From: Squalus acanthias
Taxonomy: Eukaryota
Length of the DNA: 64,000 nt
Direction: 5' to 3'
NCBI GenBank assembly: GCA_030390025.1
Contig: CM059438.1
Span: 53,508,001-53,572,000, forward strand
The position numbers were made by a program, and so were the translations under genes. Positions 47,521-62,500 of this stretch are shown in pieces. How positions within the stretch are numbered: the first letter of the stretch is position 1; each line of letters starts with the position of its first letter. Below the pieces are notes generated by a model. That model saw nothing but the letters and a program-made list of their open reading frames with translations. It was not told where the DNA came from and ran no database searches.

Positions 47521-50500
47521 GATCCCGGAACTGTGGGTCTGTGTGTGCTGAGACCCGGGACTGTGGGTCTGTGTGTCTGGAGACCCGGGACTGTGGGTCT
47601 GTGTGTGTGGAGACCCGGGACTGTGGGTCTGTGTGTGTGGAGACTCGAGACTGTGGGTCTGTGGGTCTGGAGACCCGGGACTGTGGGTCTGTGTGTGTGG
47701 AGACACGGGACTGTGGGTCTGTGTGTCTGGAGACCCGGGACTGTGGGTCTGTGTGTGTGGAGACCCGGGACTGTGGGTCTGTGTGTGTGGAGTGTAAGGG
47801 ATTCCTGACCCTGCGTGTCTCGCAGCCTGTGAGATTCACGCGGCTCTGTGCAGCCTGTATGTCAGTGCGGGTCTAGGCCTGGTTGCCTGTTCTGGTCTCC
47901 AGCCAGTCTGGGAACACTAGACACACCTGTGAGTGGTTCGAATCACTCTCCCTTACGGTTCTAGACACTGGACTTAGATGCGAGAGCAGTAATGGAGATA
48001 AAACTCATGTAGACTTGGTTTGAATGGTACGAAATGGAAAATCTTTATTGCATGATACTTAAAATTATGAAATACATGTCATAAGCACAGATTAATGACA
48101 GTACAATCTTACAAACAGTTATATAGTCGATCTTAGGGAAACGAGGAACGAACGGCACAAAGTAAATAGGGGCACACATTACAAATATCCTTAATCCTTA
48201 AACCCTCCCCTATCAATATCTATCCTAAACTAGCTTCGTAGGATCTCGAGACTCATGCTCACCACTCGTGATAACTCGGAGAAATTCCGAATAGCTGATC
48301 GGATGTTTTTCACCGCAGCACCCACGTGTCGGTCAGGAGATCTCCTGGTCCCACTTGTTTACTTGCTTCTGCTGCTCCGGCTAGTAGGCTGGACCGTCTG
48401 CTGTGATGAAGACCTGTGTTGGTTGGTTTAACAGGTACTCTTGGAGCACAGTTGTCAATATCATCGATACGATGTGTTTTCACGTTCCAATCTCCTTAGA
48501 CACAGTCCCGTTATCGTCGATGCAATATGTTTTGTTAGAAGTTTAAAAATAGAAATCTTCCTGGCGAGGAAAACCTGGCTGATCGACCTACAGGCGCGGT
48601 CGGGATTTACTGACCGTGGCGATGGATATGGTCTTCTTCTCTTCTCCTCTCATCTCATCTCATCTCGGGCCTTTGGTTCCGCTGCCAGTTACCAACATAG
48701 GTCTTCGTTACGCGACACGAGGTAGATCCGAACGGATCAGAAAGTTCAACAGTCTTTTCAGAAGAGGCAACAGGCAAGCAGAAGCCCAACTACGAGTACA
48801 CAGGAGCAGCCACGAGGTTACGAATCGACCGGATAAAACACAGGAGCAAGCGAGCGAATGCAGGAGCAAGAGCAAGAGAGCGAATGGACGGTTTGGAGCC
48901 TGTAATTATAGTGCAAAAATCTTCCGTTTCCCGCCCAACTATAATGTCCATTCTTTTGTTTAGGGTTTGGCGCCCAAATGTCTCGTATGGGTGATCTCCG
49001 TTCTTAATGGGTTTCGGGGCTACTCATAAATGTCTGAGTACCTGTTAATATTTCTCCCATTGTTAAATCGGTCGGTGTTCTCCCTGGAGGGGTTTGGGGC
49101 TTCCAAGTGTCCTGTATAACTACCTGCTAACGGCTCTCTCATCGTAGAGTCGTTGGGAGTTTACATATTAATGTCTTTTGGATGGGCCCTTGATTACTCG
49201 GTACAATGGCTTTCCTTTGTACCTGGGAGACCGATTTCAGTATCTATGTTTATACTGCAAACCCATAATGTCTCGTGTATTATCTTCACTGTGCTGAATC
49301 GTTATCGATCTTGCACAAATGTTTAATGGAACGCCATCTTGTCTGCCTGTTGAAAAGTCTAGAATGTTCTGTCACGAGGTGCGGCGGCCATTTTACAGGC
49401 TGCTTGTGTCCAATTTAAACCTGCCAGCATTCTGCTGAAATAAAAGCTGTTTGAACGAAACTTTGTGTTTTCTCCTTATTGATCAAATCGCGATATATTG
49501 CGAATTCTACAGGAGACACGGGACTGTGGGTCTGTGTGTCTGGAGACCCGGGACTGTGGGTCTGTGTGTGTGGAGACCCGGGACTGTGGGTCTGTGTGTG
49601 TGGAGACCCGGGAATGTGGGTCTGTGTGTGTGGAGACGCGGGACTGTGGGACTGTGTGTGTGGAGACCCGGAACTGTGGGTCTGTGTGTGTGGAGACCCG
49701 GGACTGTAGGTCTGTGTGTGGAGACTCGGGACTCTGGTTCTGTCTGTGTGGAGCCCCGGGACTGTGGGTCTGTGTGTGTGGAGACCCGGGACTGTGGATC
49801 TGTGTGTGTGGAGACCCGGGACTGTGGGTCTGTGTGTGTGGAGACCCGGGACTGTGGGTCTGTGTGTGTGGAGACCCGGGACTGTGGGTCTGTGTGTGTG
49901 GAGACACGGGACTGTGAGTCTGTGTGTGGAGACCCGGGACTGTGGGTCTGTGTGTGCGGAGACCCGGGACTGTGGGTCTGTGTGTGTGGAGAACCGGGAC
50001 TGTGGGTCTGTGTGTGTGGAGACCCGGGACTGTGGGTCTGTGTGTGTGGAGACCCGGGACTGTGAGTCTGTGTGTGTGGAGACCCGGGAATGTGAGTCTG
50101 TGTGTGTCAAGCCCCGGGACTGTGTGTCTGTGTGTGTGGAGACCCGGGACTGTGGGTCTGTGTGTGGACACCCAGGAGTGTGGGTCTGTGTGTGGAGACC
50201 CGGGACTGTGTATCTGTGTGTGTGGAGACCCGGGACTGTGGGTCTGTGTGTGGACACCCAGGAGTGTGGGTCTGTGTGTGGAGACCCGGGACTGTGGGTG
50301 TGTGTGTGGAGACCCAGGACTGTGGGTCTGTGTGTGTGGAGACCCGGGACTGTGGGTCTGTGTGTGTGGAGACCCGGGACTGTGGGTCTGAGTGTGTGCA
50401 GACCCGGGACTGTGAGTCTGTGTGTGGAGAACCGGGACTGTGGGTCTGTGTGTGTGGAGACCCGGGACTGTAGGTCTGTGTGTGGAGACTCGGGACTCTG

Positions 50501-53500
50501 GTTCTGTCTGTGTGGAGCCCCGGGACTGTGGGTCTGTGTGTGTGGAGACCCGGGACTGTGGATCTGTGTGTGTGGAGACCCGGGACTGTGGGTCTGTGTG
50601 TGTGGAGACCCGGGACTGTGGGTCTGTGTGTGTGGAGACCCGGGACTGTGGGTCTGTGTGTGTGGAGACACGGGACTGTGAGTCTGTGTGTGGAGACCCG
50701 GGACTGTGGGTCTGTGTGTGCGGAGACCCGGGACTGTGGGTCTGTGTGTGTGGAGAACCGGGACTGTGGGTCTGTGTGTGTGGAGACCCGGGACTGTGGG
50801 TCTGTGTGTGTGGAGACCCGGGACTGTGAGTCTGTGTGTGTGGAGACCCGGGAATGTGAGTCTGTGTGTGTCAAGCCCCGGGACTGTGTGTCTGTGTGTG
50901 TGGAGACCCGGGACTGTGGGTCTGTGTGTGGACACCCAGGAGTGTGGGTCTGTGTGTGGAGACCCGGGACTGTGTATCTGTGTGTGTGGAGACCCGGGAT
51001 TGTGGGTCTGTGTGTGGACACCCAGGAGTGTGGGTCTGTGTGTGTGCAGACCCGGGACTGTGGGTCTGTGTGTGTGGAGACCCGGGACTGTGGGTCTGTG
51101 TGTGTGGAGACCCGGGACTGTGGGTCTGTGAGTGTGGAGATCCGGGACTGTGGGTGTGTGTGTGGAGACACGGGACTGTGGGTCTGTGTGTGTGGAGACC
51201 CGGGACTGTGGGTCTGTGTGTGTGGAGACCAGGGACTGTGGGTCTGTGTGTGTGGAGACCCGGAACTGTGGGTCTGCGTGTGGAGACCCGGGACTGTGAG
51301 TCTGTGTGTGTAGACCCGGGACTGTGGGTCTGTGTGTGTGGAGACCCAGGACTGTGGGTCTGTGTGTGTGGAGACCCGGTACTGTGGGTCTGTGTGTGTG
51401 GAGACCTGGGAATGTGGCTCTCTGTGTGGAGACCCGGGATTGTGGGTCTGTGTGTGTGGAAACCCGGGACTGTAGGTCTGTGTGTGTGGAGACCCGGGAC
51501 TGTGGGTCTGTGTGTGAGGAGGCCCAGGACTGTGGATCTGTGTGTGTGGAGGCCCAGGACTGTGGATCTGTGTGTGTGGAGACCCGGGACTGTGAGGCTG
51601 TGTGTGTGGAGACCCGGGACTGTGGGTCTGTGTGTGTGGAGACCCGGGACTGTGGGTCTGTGTGTGTGGAGACCCGGGACTGTGGGTCTGTGTGTGGAGA
51701 CCCGGGACTGTGGGTCTGTGTGTGTGGAGACCCGGGACTGTGGGTCTGTGTGTCTGGAGACCCGGGACTGTGGGTCTGTGTGTGTGGAGACCCGGGACTG
51801 AGGGTCTGTGTGTCTGGAGACCCGGGACTGTGGGTCTGTGTGTGTGGAGACCCGGGACTGTGGGTCTGTGTGTCTGGAGACCCGGGACTGTGGGTCTGTG
51901 TGTGTGGAGACCCGGGACTGTGGGTCTGTGTGTGGAGACCCGGGACTGTGGGTCTGTGTGTGTGGAGACCCGGGACTCTGGGTCTGTGTGTGTGGAGACC
52001 CGGGACTGTGGGTCTGTGTGTGTGGAGACCCGGGACTGTGGGTCTGTGTGTGTGGAGACCCGGGACTGTGGGCTGTGTGTGTGGAGACCCGGGACTGTGG
52101 GTCTGTGTGTGTGGAGACACGGGACTGTGAGTCTGTGTGTGGAGACCCGGTACTGTGGGTCTGTGTGTGTGGAGACCCGGGACTGTGGGTCTGTGTGTGT
52201 GGAGACCCGGGACTGTGGGTCAGTGTGTGTGGAGACCCGGGACTGTGGGTCTGTGTGTGTGGAGACCCGGGACTGTGAGTCTGTGTGTGGAGACCCGGGA
52301 CTGTGGGTCTGTGTGTGGAGACCCGGGACTGTGGGTCTGTGTTTGGAGACCCGGAACTGTGAGTCTGTGTGTGTGGAGATCCGAGACTGTGGGACTGTGT
52401 CTGGAGACCCGGAACTGTGAGTCTGTGTGTGGAGACCCGGGACTGTGGGTCTGTCTGTGCGGAGACCCGGGACTGTGGTTCTGTGTGTGTGGAGTCCCGG
52501 AACTGTGGTTCTGTGTGTGTGGAGACCCGGGACTGTGGGTCTGTGTGTGTGGAGTCCCGGAACTGTGGGTCTGTGTTTGTGGAGACCCGGGACTGTGTGT
52601 GTGGAGACCCGGGACTGTGGGTCTGTGTGTGTGGAGACCCGGGACTGTGGGTCTGTGTGTGTGGACACCCGGGACTGTGGTCTGTGTGTGTGGAGACCCG
52701 GGACTGTGGGTCTGTGTGTGGAGACCCAGGACTGTGGGTCTGTGTGTGTGGAGACCCGGGACTGTGGGTCTGTGTGTGTGGAGACCCAGGACTGTCGGTC
52801 TGTGTGTGTGGAGACCCGGGACTGTGGGTCTGTGTCTGGAGACCCCGGATTATGGGTCTGTGTGTGTGGAGATCCAAGACTGTGGGACTGTATCTGGAGA
52901 CCAGGACTGTGAGTCTGTGTGTGGAGACCCGGGACTGTGGGTCTGTGTGTGCGGAGACCCGGGTCTGTGGGTCTGTGTGTGGATACCCGGGACTGTGGGT
53001 CTGTGTGTGGAGACCCGGGACTGTGTGTCTGTGTGTGTGGATACCCGGGACTGTGGGTCTGTGTGTGTAGAGACCCGGCACTGTGGTCCTGTGTGTGGAG
53101 ACCCGGGACTGTGGGTCTGTGTGTGTGGAGACACGGGACTGTTGGTCTGAGTGTGTGGAGACCCGGGACTGTGTGTCTGTGTTTGGAGACCCGGGACTGT
53201 GGGTCAGTGTGTGGAGACCCGGGACTGTGTGTCTGTGTTTGTGGAGACCCGGGACTGTGGGTCTGTGTCTGTGGAGACCCGGGACTGTGGGTCTGTGTGT
53301 GTGGAGACCCGGGACTGTGGGTCTGTGTGTGTGGAGACCCGGGATTGTGGGTCTGTGTGTCTGGAGACCGGGACTGTGGGTCTGTGTGTCTGGAGACCCG
53401 GGACTGTGGGTCTGTCTGTGTGGAGACCCGGGACTGTGGGTCTGTGTGTGTGGAGACCCGGGACTGTGGATCTGTGTGTGTGGAGACCCGGCACTGTGGG

Positions 53501-56500
53501 TCTGTTTGTGGAGACCCGGACTGTGGGTCTGTGTGTGTGGAGACACGGGCCTGTGGTCTGTGTGTGGAGACCCGGGACTGTGGGTCTGTGTGTGTGGAGA
53601 CCCGGGACTGTGGGTCTGTGTGTGGAGACCCGGGACTGTGGGTCTGTGTGTGGAGACCCGGGACTGTGGGTCTGTGTTTGGAGACCGGGTCTGTGGGTTT
53701 GTGTGTGGAGACCCCCGGACTATGAGTCTGTGTGTGTGGAGATCCGAGACTGTGGGACTGTGTCTGGAGACCCGGAACTGTGAGTCTGTGTGTGGAGACC
53801 CGGGACTGTGGGTCTGTCTGTGCGGAGACCCGGGACTGTGGTTCTGTGTGTGTGGAGTCCCGGAACTGTGGTTCTGTGTGTGGAGACCCGGGATTGTGGG
53901 TCTGTGTTTGTGGAGACCCGGGACTGTGTGTGTGGAGACCCGGGACTGTGGGTCTGTGTGTGTGGAGACCCGGGACTGTGGGTCTGTGTGTGTGGACACC
54001 CGGGACTGTGGTCTGTGTGTGTGGAGACCCGGGACTGTGGGTCTGTGTGTGGAGACCCAGGTCAGTGGGTCTGTGTGTGTGGAGACCCGGGACTGTGGGT
54101 CTGTGTGTGTGGAGACCCGGGACTGTCGGTCTGTGTGTGTGGAGACCCGGGACTGTGGGTCTGTGTGTGGAGACCCCGGATTATGGGTCTGTGTGTGTGG
54201 AGTACCGAGACTGTGGGACTGTGTCTGGAGACCAGGACTGTGAGTCTGTGTGTGGAGACCCGGGACTGTGGGTCTGTGTGTGCGGAGACCCGGGTCTGTG
54301 TGTCTGTGTGTGGATACCCGGGAATGTGAGTCTGTGTGTGTCAAGCCCCGGGACTGTGTGTCTGTGTGTGTGGAGACCCGGGACTGTGGGTCTGTGTGTG
54401 GACACCCAGGAGTGTGGGTCTGTGTGTGGAGACCCGGGACTGTGTGTCTGTGTGTGTGGAGACCCGGGACTGTGGGTCTGTGTGTGGACACCCAGGAGTG
54501 TGGGTCTGTGTGTGGAGACCCGGGACTGTGGGTGTGTGTGTGGAGACCCGGGACTGTGGGTCTGTGTGTGTGGAGACCCGGGACTGTGGGTCTGAGTGTG
54601 TGCAGAGCCGGGACTGTGAGTCTGTGTGTGGAGAACCGGGACTGTGGGTCTGTGTGTGTGGAGACCCGGGACTGTGGGTCTGTGTGTGTGCAGACCCGGG
54701 ACTGTGGGTCTGTGTGTGTGGAGACCCGGGACTGTGGGTCTGTGTGTGTGGAGACCCGGGACTGTGGGTCTGTGAGTGTGGAGATCCGGGACTGTAGGTG
54801 TGTGTGTGGAGACCCGGGACTGTGGGTCTGTGTGTGTGGAGACCCGGGACTGTGGGTCTGTGTGTGTGGAGACCCGGGACTGTGGGTCTGTGTGTGTGGA
54901 GACCCGGAACTGTGGGTCTGTGTGTGGAGACCCGGGACTGTGAGTCTGTGTGTGTAGACCCGGGACTGTGGGTCTGTGTGTGCGGAGACCCGGGTCTGTG
55001 GGTCTGTGTGTGGATACCCGGGACTGTGGGTCTGTGTGTGGAGACCCGGGACTGTGTGTCTGTGTGTGTGGATACCCGGGACTGTGGGTCTGTGTGTGCG
55101 GAGACCCGGGACTGTGGGTCTGTGTGTGTAGAGACCCGGCACTGTGGTCCTGTGTGTGGAGACCCGGGACTGTGGGTCTGTGTGTGTGGAGACACGGGAC
55201 TGTGGGTCTGAGTGTGTGGAGACCCGAGACTGTGTGTCTGTGTGTGGAGACCCTGGACTGTTGGTCTGTGGTGACCCGGGACTGTGGTTCTGTGTTTGGA
55301 GACCCGGGACTGTGGGTCAGTGTGTGGAGACCCGGGACTGTGTGTCTGTGTGTGAGGAGACCCGGGATTGTGGGTCTGTGTGTCTGGAGACCCGGGACTG
55401 TGGGTCTGTGTGTCTGGAGACCCGTGACTGTGGGTCTGTCTGTGTGGAGACCCGGGACTGTGGGTCTGTGTGTGTGGAGACCCGGGACTGTGGATCTGTG
55501 TGTGGAGACCCGGCACTGTGGGTCTGTGTGTGGAGACCCGGGTCTGTGGGTCTGTGTGTGTGGAGACCCGGGACTGTGGCTCTGTGTGTGTGGAGACCCG
55601 GGACTGTGGGTCTGTGTGTGTGGAGACCCGGGATTGTGGGTCTGTGTGTCTGGAGACCCGTGACTGTGGGTCTGTGTGTCTGGAGCCCCGGGACTGTGGG
55701 TCTGTCTGTGTGGAGACCCGGGACTGTGGGTCTGTGTGTGTGGAGACCCGGGACTGTGGATCTGTGTGTGGAGACCCGGCACTGTGGGTCTGTGTGTGGA
55801 GACCCGGGTCTGTGGGTCTGTGTGTGTGGAGACCCGGGACTGTGCGTCTGTGTGTGTGGAGACCCGGGACTGTGGGTCTGTGTGTGTGGAGACCCGGGAC
55901 TGTGGGTCTGTGTGTGGAGACCCGGGACTGTGGGTCTGTGTGTGGAGACCCGGGACTGTGGGTCTGTGTTTGGAGACCCGGGTCTGTGGGTTTGTGTGTG
56001 GAGACCCCGGACTATGAGTCTGTGTGTGTGGAGATCCGAGACTGTGGGACTGTGTCTGGAGACCCGGAACTGTGAGTCTGTGTGTGGAGACCCGGGACTG
56101 TGGGTCTGTCTGTGCGGAGACCCGGGACTGTGGTTCTGTGTGTGTGGAGTCCCGGAACTGTGGTTCTGTGTGTGGAGACCCGGGATTGTGGGTCTGTGTT
56201 TGTGGAGACCCGGGACTGTGTGTGTGGAGACCCGGGACTGTGGGTCTGTGTGTGTGGAGACCCGGGACTGTGGGTCTGTGTGTGTGGACACCCGGGACTG
56301 TGGTCTGTGTGTGTGGAGACCCGGGACTGTGGGTCTGTGTGTGGAGACCCAGGACTGTGGGTCTGTGTGTGTGGAGACCCGGGACTGTGGTCTGTGTGTG
56401 TGGAGACCGGGACTGTGGGTCTGTGTGTGGAGACCCGGGACTGTGGGTCTGTGTGTGGAGACCCGGGACTGTGGGTCTGTGTGTGTGGAGATCCGAGACT

Positions 56501-59500
56501 GTGGGACTGTGTCTGGAGACCAGGACTGTGAGTCTGTGTGTGGAGACCCGGGACTGTGGGTCTGTGTGTGTGGAGACCCGGGTCTGTGGGTCTGTGTGTG
56601 GAGACCCGGGACTGTGGGTCTGTGTGTGGAGACCCGGGACTGTGTGTCTGTGTGTGTGGAGACCCGGGACTGTGGGTCTGTGTGTGTGTGGAGACCCGGG
56701 ACTGTGGGTCTGTGTGTGTGAGACCGGACTGTGGGTCTGTGTGTGGAGACCCGGGACTGTGGGTCTGTGTGTGTGGAGACACGGGACTGTGGGTCTGTGT
56801 GTGTGGAGACCCGGGACTGTGGGTCTGTGTGTGTGGAGACCCGGGACTGTGGGTCTGTGTGTGGAGACCCGGGAATGTGGGTCTGTGTGTGTGGAGACGC
56901 GGGACTGTGGGACTGTGTGTGTGGAGACCCGGACTGTGGGTCTGTGTGTGTGGAGACCCGGGACTGTAGGTCTGTGTGTGGAGACTCGGGACTCTGGTTC
57001 TGTCTGTGTGGAGCCCCGGGAATGTGGGTCTGTGTGTGTGGAGACCCGGGACTGTGGGTCTGTGTGTGTGGAGACCCGGGACTGTGGGTCTGTGTGTGTG
57101 GAGACCCGGGACTGTGGGTCTGTGTGTGTGGAGACCCGGGACTGTGGGTCTGTGTGTGTGGAGACACGGGACTGTGGGTCTGTGTGTGGAGACCCGGGAC
57201 TGTGGGTCTGTGTGTGCGGAGACCCGGGACTGTGGGTCTGTGTGTGTGGAGAACCGGGACTGTGGGTCTGTGTGTGTGGAGACCCGGGACTGTGGGTCTG
57301 TGTGTGTGGAGACCCGGGACTGTGAGTCTGTGTGTGTGGAGACCCGGGACTGTGGGTCTGTGTGTGTGAGACCCGGGACTGTCTGGTCTGTGTGTGTGGA
57401 GACCCGGGACTGTGGGTCTGTGTGTGGAGACCCAGGAGTGTGGGTCTGTGTGTGGAGACCCGGGACTGTGGGTCTGTGTGTGTGGAGACCCGGGACTGTG
57501 GGTCTGTGTGTGGGAGACCCGGGACTGTGGGTCTGTGTGTGGAGACCCGGGACTGTGGGTCTGTGTGTGTGGAGACCCGGGACTGTGGGTCTGTGTGTGT
57601 GGAGACCCGGGACTGTGGGTCTCTGTGTGTGGAGACCCGGGACTGTGGTCTGTGTGTGGAGACCCGGGACTGTGGGTCTGTGTGTGTGGAGACCCGGGAC
57701 TGTGGGTCTGTGTGTGTGCAGACCCGGGACTGTGGGTCTGTGTGTGTGGAGACCCGGGACTGTGGGTCTGTGTGTGTGGAGACCCGGGACTGTGGGTCTG
57801 TGAGTGTGGAGATCCGGGACTGTGGGTGTGTGTGTGGAGACCCGGGACTGTGGGTCTGTGTGTGTGGAGACCCGGGACTGTGGGTCTGTGTGTGTGGAGA
57901 CCCGGGACTGTGGGTCTGTGTGTGTGGAGACCCGGGACTGTGGGTCTGTGTGTGTGGAGACCCGGGACTGTGAGTCTGTGTGTGTGAGACCCGGGACTGT
58001 GGGTCTGTGTGTGTGGAGACCCGGACTGTGGGTCTGTGTGTGTGGAGACCCGGGACTGTGGGTCTGTGTGTGTGGAGACCTGGGACTGTGGCTCTGTGTG
58101 TGGAGACCCGGGACTGTGGGTCTGTGTGTGTGGAGACCCGGGACTGTAGGTCTGTGTGTGTGGAGACCCGGGACTGTGGGTCTGTGTGTGAGGAGCCCGG
58201 GACTGTGGATCTGTGTGTGTGGAGACCCGGACTGTGGATCTGTGTGTGTGGAGACCCGGGACTGTGGGCTGTGTGTGTGGAGACCCGGGACTGTGGGTCT
58301 GTGTGTGTGGAGACCCGGGACTGTGGGTCTGTGTGTGTGGAGACCCGGGACTGTGGGTCTGTGTGTGGAGACCCGGGACTGTGGGTCTGTGTGTGTGGAG
58401 ACCCGGGACTGTGGGTCTGTGTGTGTGGAGACCCGGGACTGAGGGTCTGTGTGTCTGGAGACCCGGGACTGTGGGTCTGTGTGTGTGGAGACCGGGACTG
58501 TGGGTCTGTGTGTCTGGAGACCCGGGACTGTGGGTCTGTGTGTGTGGAGACCCGGGACTGTGGGTCTGTGTGTGGAGACCCGGGACTGTGGGTCTGTGTG
58601 TGTGGAGACCCGGGACTCTGGGTCTGTGTGTGTGGAGACCCGGGACTGTGGGTCTGTGTGTGTGGAGACCCGGGACTGTGGGACTGTGTGTGTGGAGACC
58701 CGGGACTGTGGGACTGTGTGTGTGGAGACCCGGGACTGTGGGTCTGTGTGTGTGGAGACCCGGGACTGTAGGTCTGTGTGTGGAGACTCGGGACTCTGGT
58801 TCTGTCTGTGTGGAGCCCCGGGACTGTGGGTCTGTGTGTGTGGAGACCCGGGACTGTGGGTCTGTGTGTGTGGAGACCCGGGACTGTGGGCTGTGTGTGT
58901 GGAGACCCGGGACTGTGGGTCTGTGTGTGTGGAGACCCGGGACTGTGGGCCTGTGTGTGTGGAGACACGGGACTGTGAGTCTGTGTGTGGAGACCCGGTA
59001 CTGTGGGTCTGTGTGTGTGGAGACCCGGGACTGTGGGTCTGTGTGTGTGGAGACCCGGGACTGTGGGTCAGTGTGTGTGGAGACCCGGGACTGTGGGTCT
59101 GTGTGTGTGGAGACCCGGGACTGTGGGTCTGTGTGTGGAGACCCGGGACTGTGGGTCTGTGTGTGGAGACCCGGGACTGTGGGTCTGTGTTTGGAGACCC
59201 GGGTCTGTGGGTTTGTGTGTGGAGACCCCGGACTATGAGTCTGTGTGTGTGGAGATCCGAGACTGTGGGACTGTGTCTGGAGACCCGGAACTGTGAGTCT
59301 GTGTGTGGAGACCCGGGACTGTGGGTCTGTCTGTGCGGAGACCCGGGACTGTGGTTCTGTGTGTGTGGAGTCCCGGAACTGTGGTTCTGTGTGTGGAGAC
59401 CCGGGATTGTGGGTCTGTGTTTGTGGAGACCCGGGACTGTGTGTGTGGAGACCCGGGACTGTGGGTCTGTGTGTGTGGAGACCCGGGACTGTGGGTCTGT

Positions 59501-62500
59501 GTGTGTGGACACCCGGGACTGTGGTCTGTGTGTGTGGAGACCCGGGACTGTGGGTCTGTGTGTGGAGACCCAGGACTGTGGGTCTGTGTGTGTGGAGACC
59601 CGGGACTGTGGGTCTGTGTGTGTGGAGACCCGGGACTGTCGGTCTGTGTGTGTGGAGACCCGGGACTGTGGGTCTGTGTGTGGAGACCCCGGATTATGGG
59701 TCTGTGTGTGTGGAGATCCGAGACTGTGGGACTGTGTCTGGAGACCAGGACTGTGAGTCTGTGTGTGGAGACCCGGGACTGTGGGTCTGTGTGTGCGGAG
59801 ACCCGGGTCTGTGGGTCTGTGTGTGGATACCCAGGACTGTGGGTCTGTGTGTGGAGACCCGGGACTGTGTGTCTGTGTGTGTGGATACCCGGGACTGTGG
59901 GTCTGTGTGTGCGGAGACCCGGGACTGTGGGTCTGTGTGTGTAGAGACCCGGCACTGTGGTCCTGTGTGTGGAGACCCGGGACTGTGGGTCTGTGTGTGT
60001 GGAGACACGGGACTGTGGGTCTGAGTGTGTGGAGACCCGGGACTGTGTGTCTGTGTGTGGAGACCCTGGACTGTTGGTCTGTGGTGACCCGGGACTGTGG
60101 TTCTGTGTTTGGAGACCCGGGACTGTGGGTCAGTGTGTGGAGACCCGGGACTGTGTGTCTGTGTGTGTGGAGACACGGGACTGTGGGTCTGAGTGTGTGG
60201 AGACCCGGGACTGTGTGTCTGTGTGTGGAGACCCTGGACTGTTGGTCTGTGGTGACCCGGGACTGTGGTTCTGTGTTTGGAGACCCGGGACTGTGGGTCT
60301 GTGTGTGGAGACCCGGGACTGTGTGTCTGTGTTTGTGGAGACCCGGGACTGTGGGTCTGTGTCTGTGGAGACCCGGGACTGTGGGTCTGTGTCTGTGGAG
60401 ACCCGGGACTGTGGGTCTGTGTGTGTAGAGAACCATCACTGTGGTCCTGTGTGTGGAGACCCGGGACTGTGGCTCTGTGTGTGTGGAGACCCGGGACTGT
60501 GGGTCTGTGTGTGTGGAGACCCGGGATTGTGGGTCTGTGTGTCTGGAGACCCGGGACTGTGGGTCTGTGTGTCTGGAGACCCGGGACTGTGGGTCTGTCT
60601 GTGTGGAGACCCGGGACTGTGGGTCTGTGTGTGTGGAGACCCGGGACTGTGGATCTGTGTGTGGAGACCCGGCACTGTGGGTCTGTGTGTGGAGACCCGG
60701 GTCTGTGGGTCTGTGTGTGTGGAGACCCGGGACTGTGGGTCTGTGTGTGTGGAGACCCGGGACTGTGGGTCTGTGTGTGGAGACCCGGGACTGTGGGTCT
60801 GTGTGTGGAGACCCGGGACTGTGGGTCTGTGTTTGGAGACCCGGGTCTGTGGGTTTGTGTGTGGAGACCCCGGACTATGAGTCTGTGTGTGTGGAGATCC
60901 GAGACTGTGGGACTGTGTCTGGAGACCCGGAACTGTGAGTCTGTGTGTGGAGACCCGGGACTGTGGGTCTGTCTGTGCGGAGACCCGGGACTGTGGTTCT
61001 GTGTGTGTGGAGTCCCGGAACTGTGGTTCTGTGTGTGGAGACCCGGGATTGTGGGTCTGTGTTTGTGGAGACCCGGGACTGTGTGTGTGGAGACCCGGGA
61101 CTGTGGGTCTGTGTGTGTGGAGACCCGGGACTGTGGGTCTGTGTGTGTGGACACCCGGGACTGTGGTCTGTGTGTGTGGAGACCCGGGACTGTGGGTCTG
61201 TGTGTGGAGACCCAGGACTGTGGGTCTGTGTGTGTGCAGACCCGGGACTGTGGGTCTGTGTGTGTGGAGACCCGGGACTGTCGGTCTGTGTGTGTGGAGA
61301 CCCGGGACTGTGGGTCTGTGTGTGGAGACCCCGGATTATGGGTCTGTGTGTGTGGAGATCCGAGACTGTGGGACTGTGTCTGGAGACCAGGACTGTGAGT
61401 CTGTGTGTGGATACCCGGGACTGTGGGTCTGTGTGTGCGGAGACCCGGGACTGTGGGTCTGTGTGTGTGGAGACGCGGGACTGTGTGTTTGTGTGTGGAG
61501 ACCCTGGACTGTTGGTCTGTGTGTGTGGAGACACGGGACTGTGGGTCTGTGTGTGTAGAGACCCGGCACTGTGGTCCTGTGTGTGGAGACCCAGGACTGT
61601 GGGTCTGTGTGTGTGGAGACCCGGGACTGTGGGTCTGTGTGTGGAGACCCGGGACTGTGGGTCTGTGTGTGTAGAGACCCGGGACTGTGGGTCTGTGTGT
61701 GTGGAGACCCGGGACTGTGGGTCTATGTGTGTGGAGACCCGGGACTGTGTGTCTGTGTGTGTGTGGAGACCCGGGACTGTGTGTGTGGAGACCCGGGACT
61801 GTGGGTCTGTGTGTGTGGACACCCGGGACTGTGGGTCTGTGTGTGTGGAGACCCGGGACTGTGGGTCTGTGTGTGGAGACCCGGGACTGTGGGTCTGTGT
61901 GTGTGGAGACCCGGGACTGTGGGTCTGTGTGTGTGGAGACCCGGGACTGTGGGTCTGTGTGTGTGAAGACCCGGGACTGTGGGTCTGTGTGTGGAGACCC
62001 GGGACTGTGGGTCTGTGTGTGGAGACCCGGGACTGTGGGCCTGTGTGTGCGGAGACCCGGGACTGTGTGTCTGTGTGTGTGGGGACCCGGGACTGTGGGT
62101 CTGTGTGAGGAGACCCGGAACTGTGGATCTGTGTGTGTGGAGACCCGGGACTGTGGGTCTGTGTGTGTAGAGACCCGGGACTGTGGGTCTGTGTGTGTGG
62201 AGACCTGGGACTGTGGGTCTATGTGTGTGGAGACCCGGGACTGTGTGTTTGTGTGTGTGTGGAGACCCGGGACTGTGGGTCTGTGTGTGTGGAGACCCGA
62301 GACTGTGGGTCTGTGTGTGGAGACCCGGGACTGTGGGTCTGTGTGTGTGGAGACCCGGGACTGTGGATCTGTGTGTGTGGAGAACCGGGACTGTGGGTCT
62401 GTGTGTGTGGAGACCCGGGAATGTGGATCTGTGTGTGGAGACCCGGGACTGTGGATGTGTGTGTGTGGAGACCCGGGACTGTGTGTCTGTGTGTGTGGAG

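Noticed and set aside
47931..47948. tRNA or B-box element GAGTGGTTCGAATCACTC in the solo LTR
   Set aside because: An isolated hairpin with no convincing A box or cloverleaf.
48441..48963. ORFs inside the solo LTR as accessory genes
   Set aside because: Short, antisense to the inferred LTR orientation, low complexity and unrecognised.
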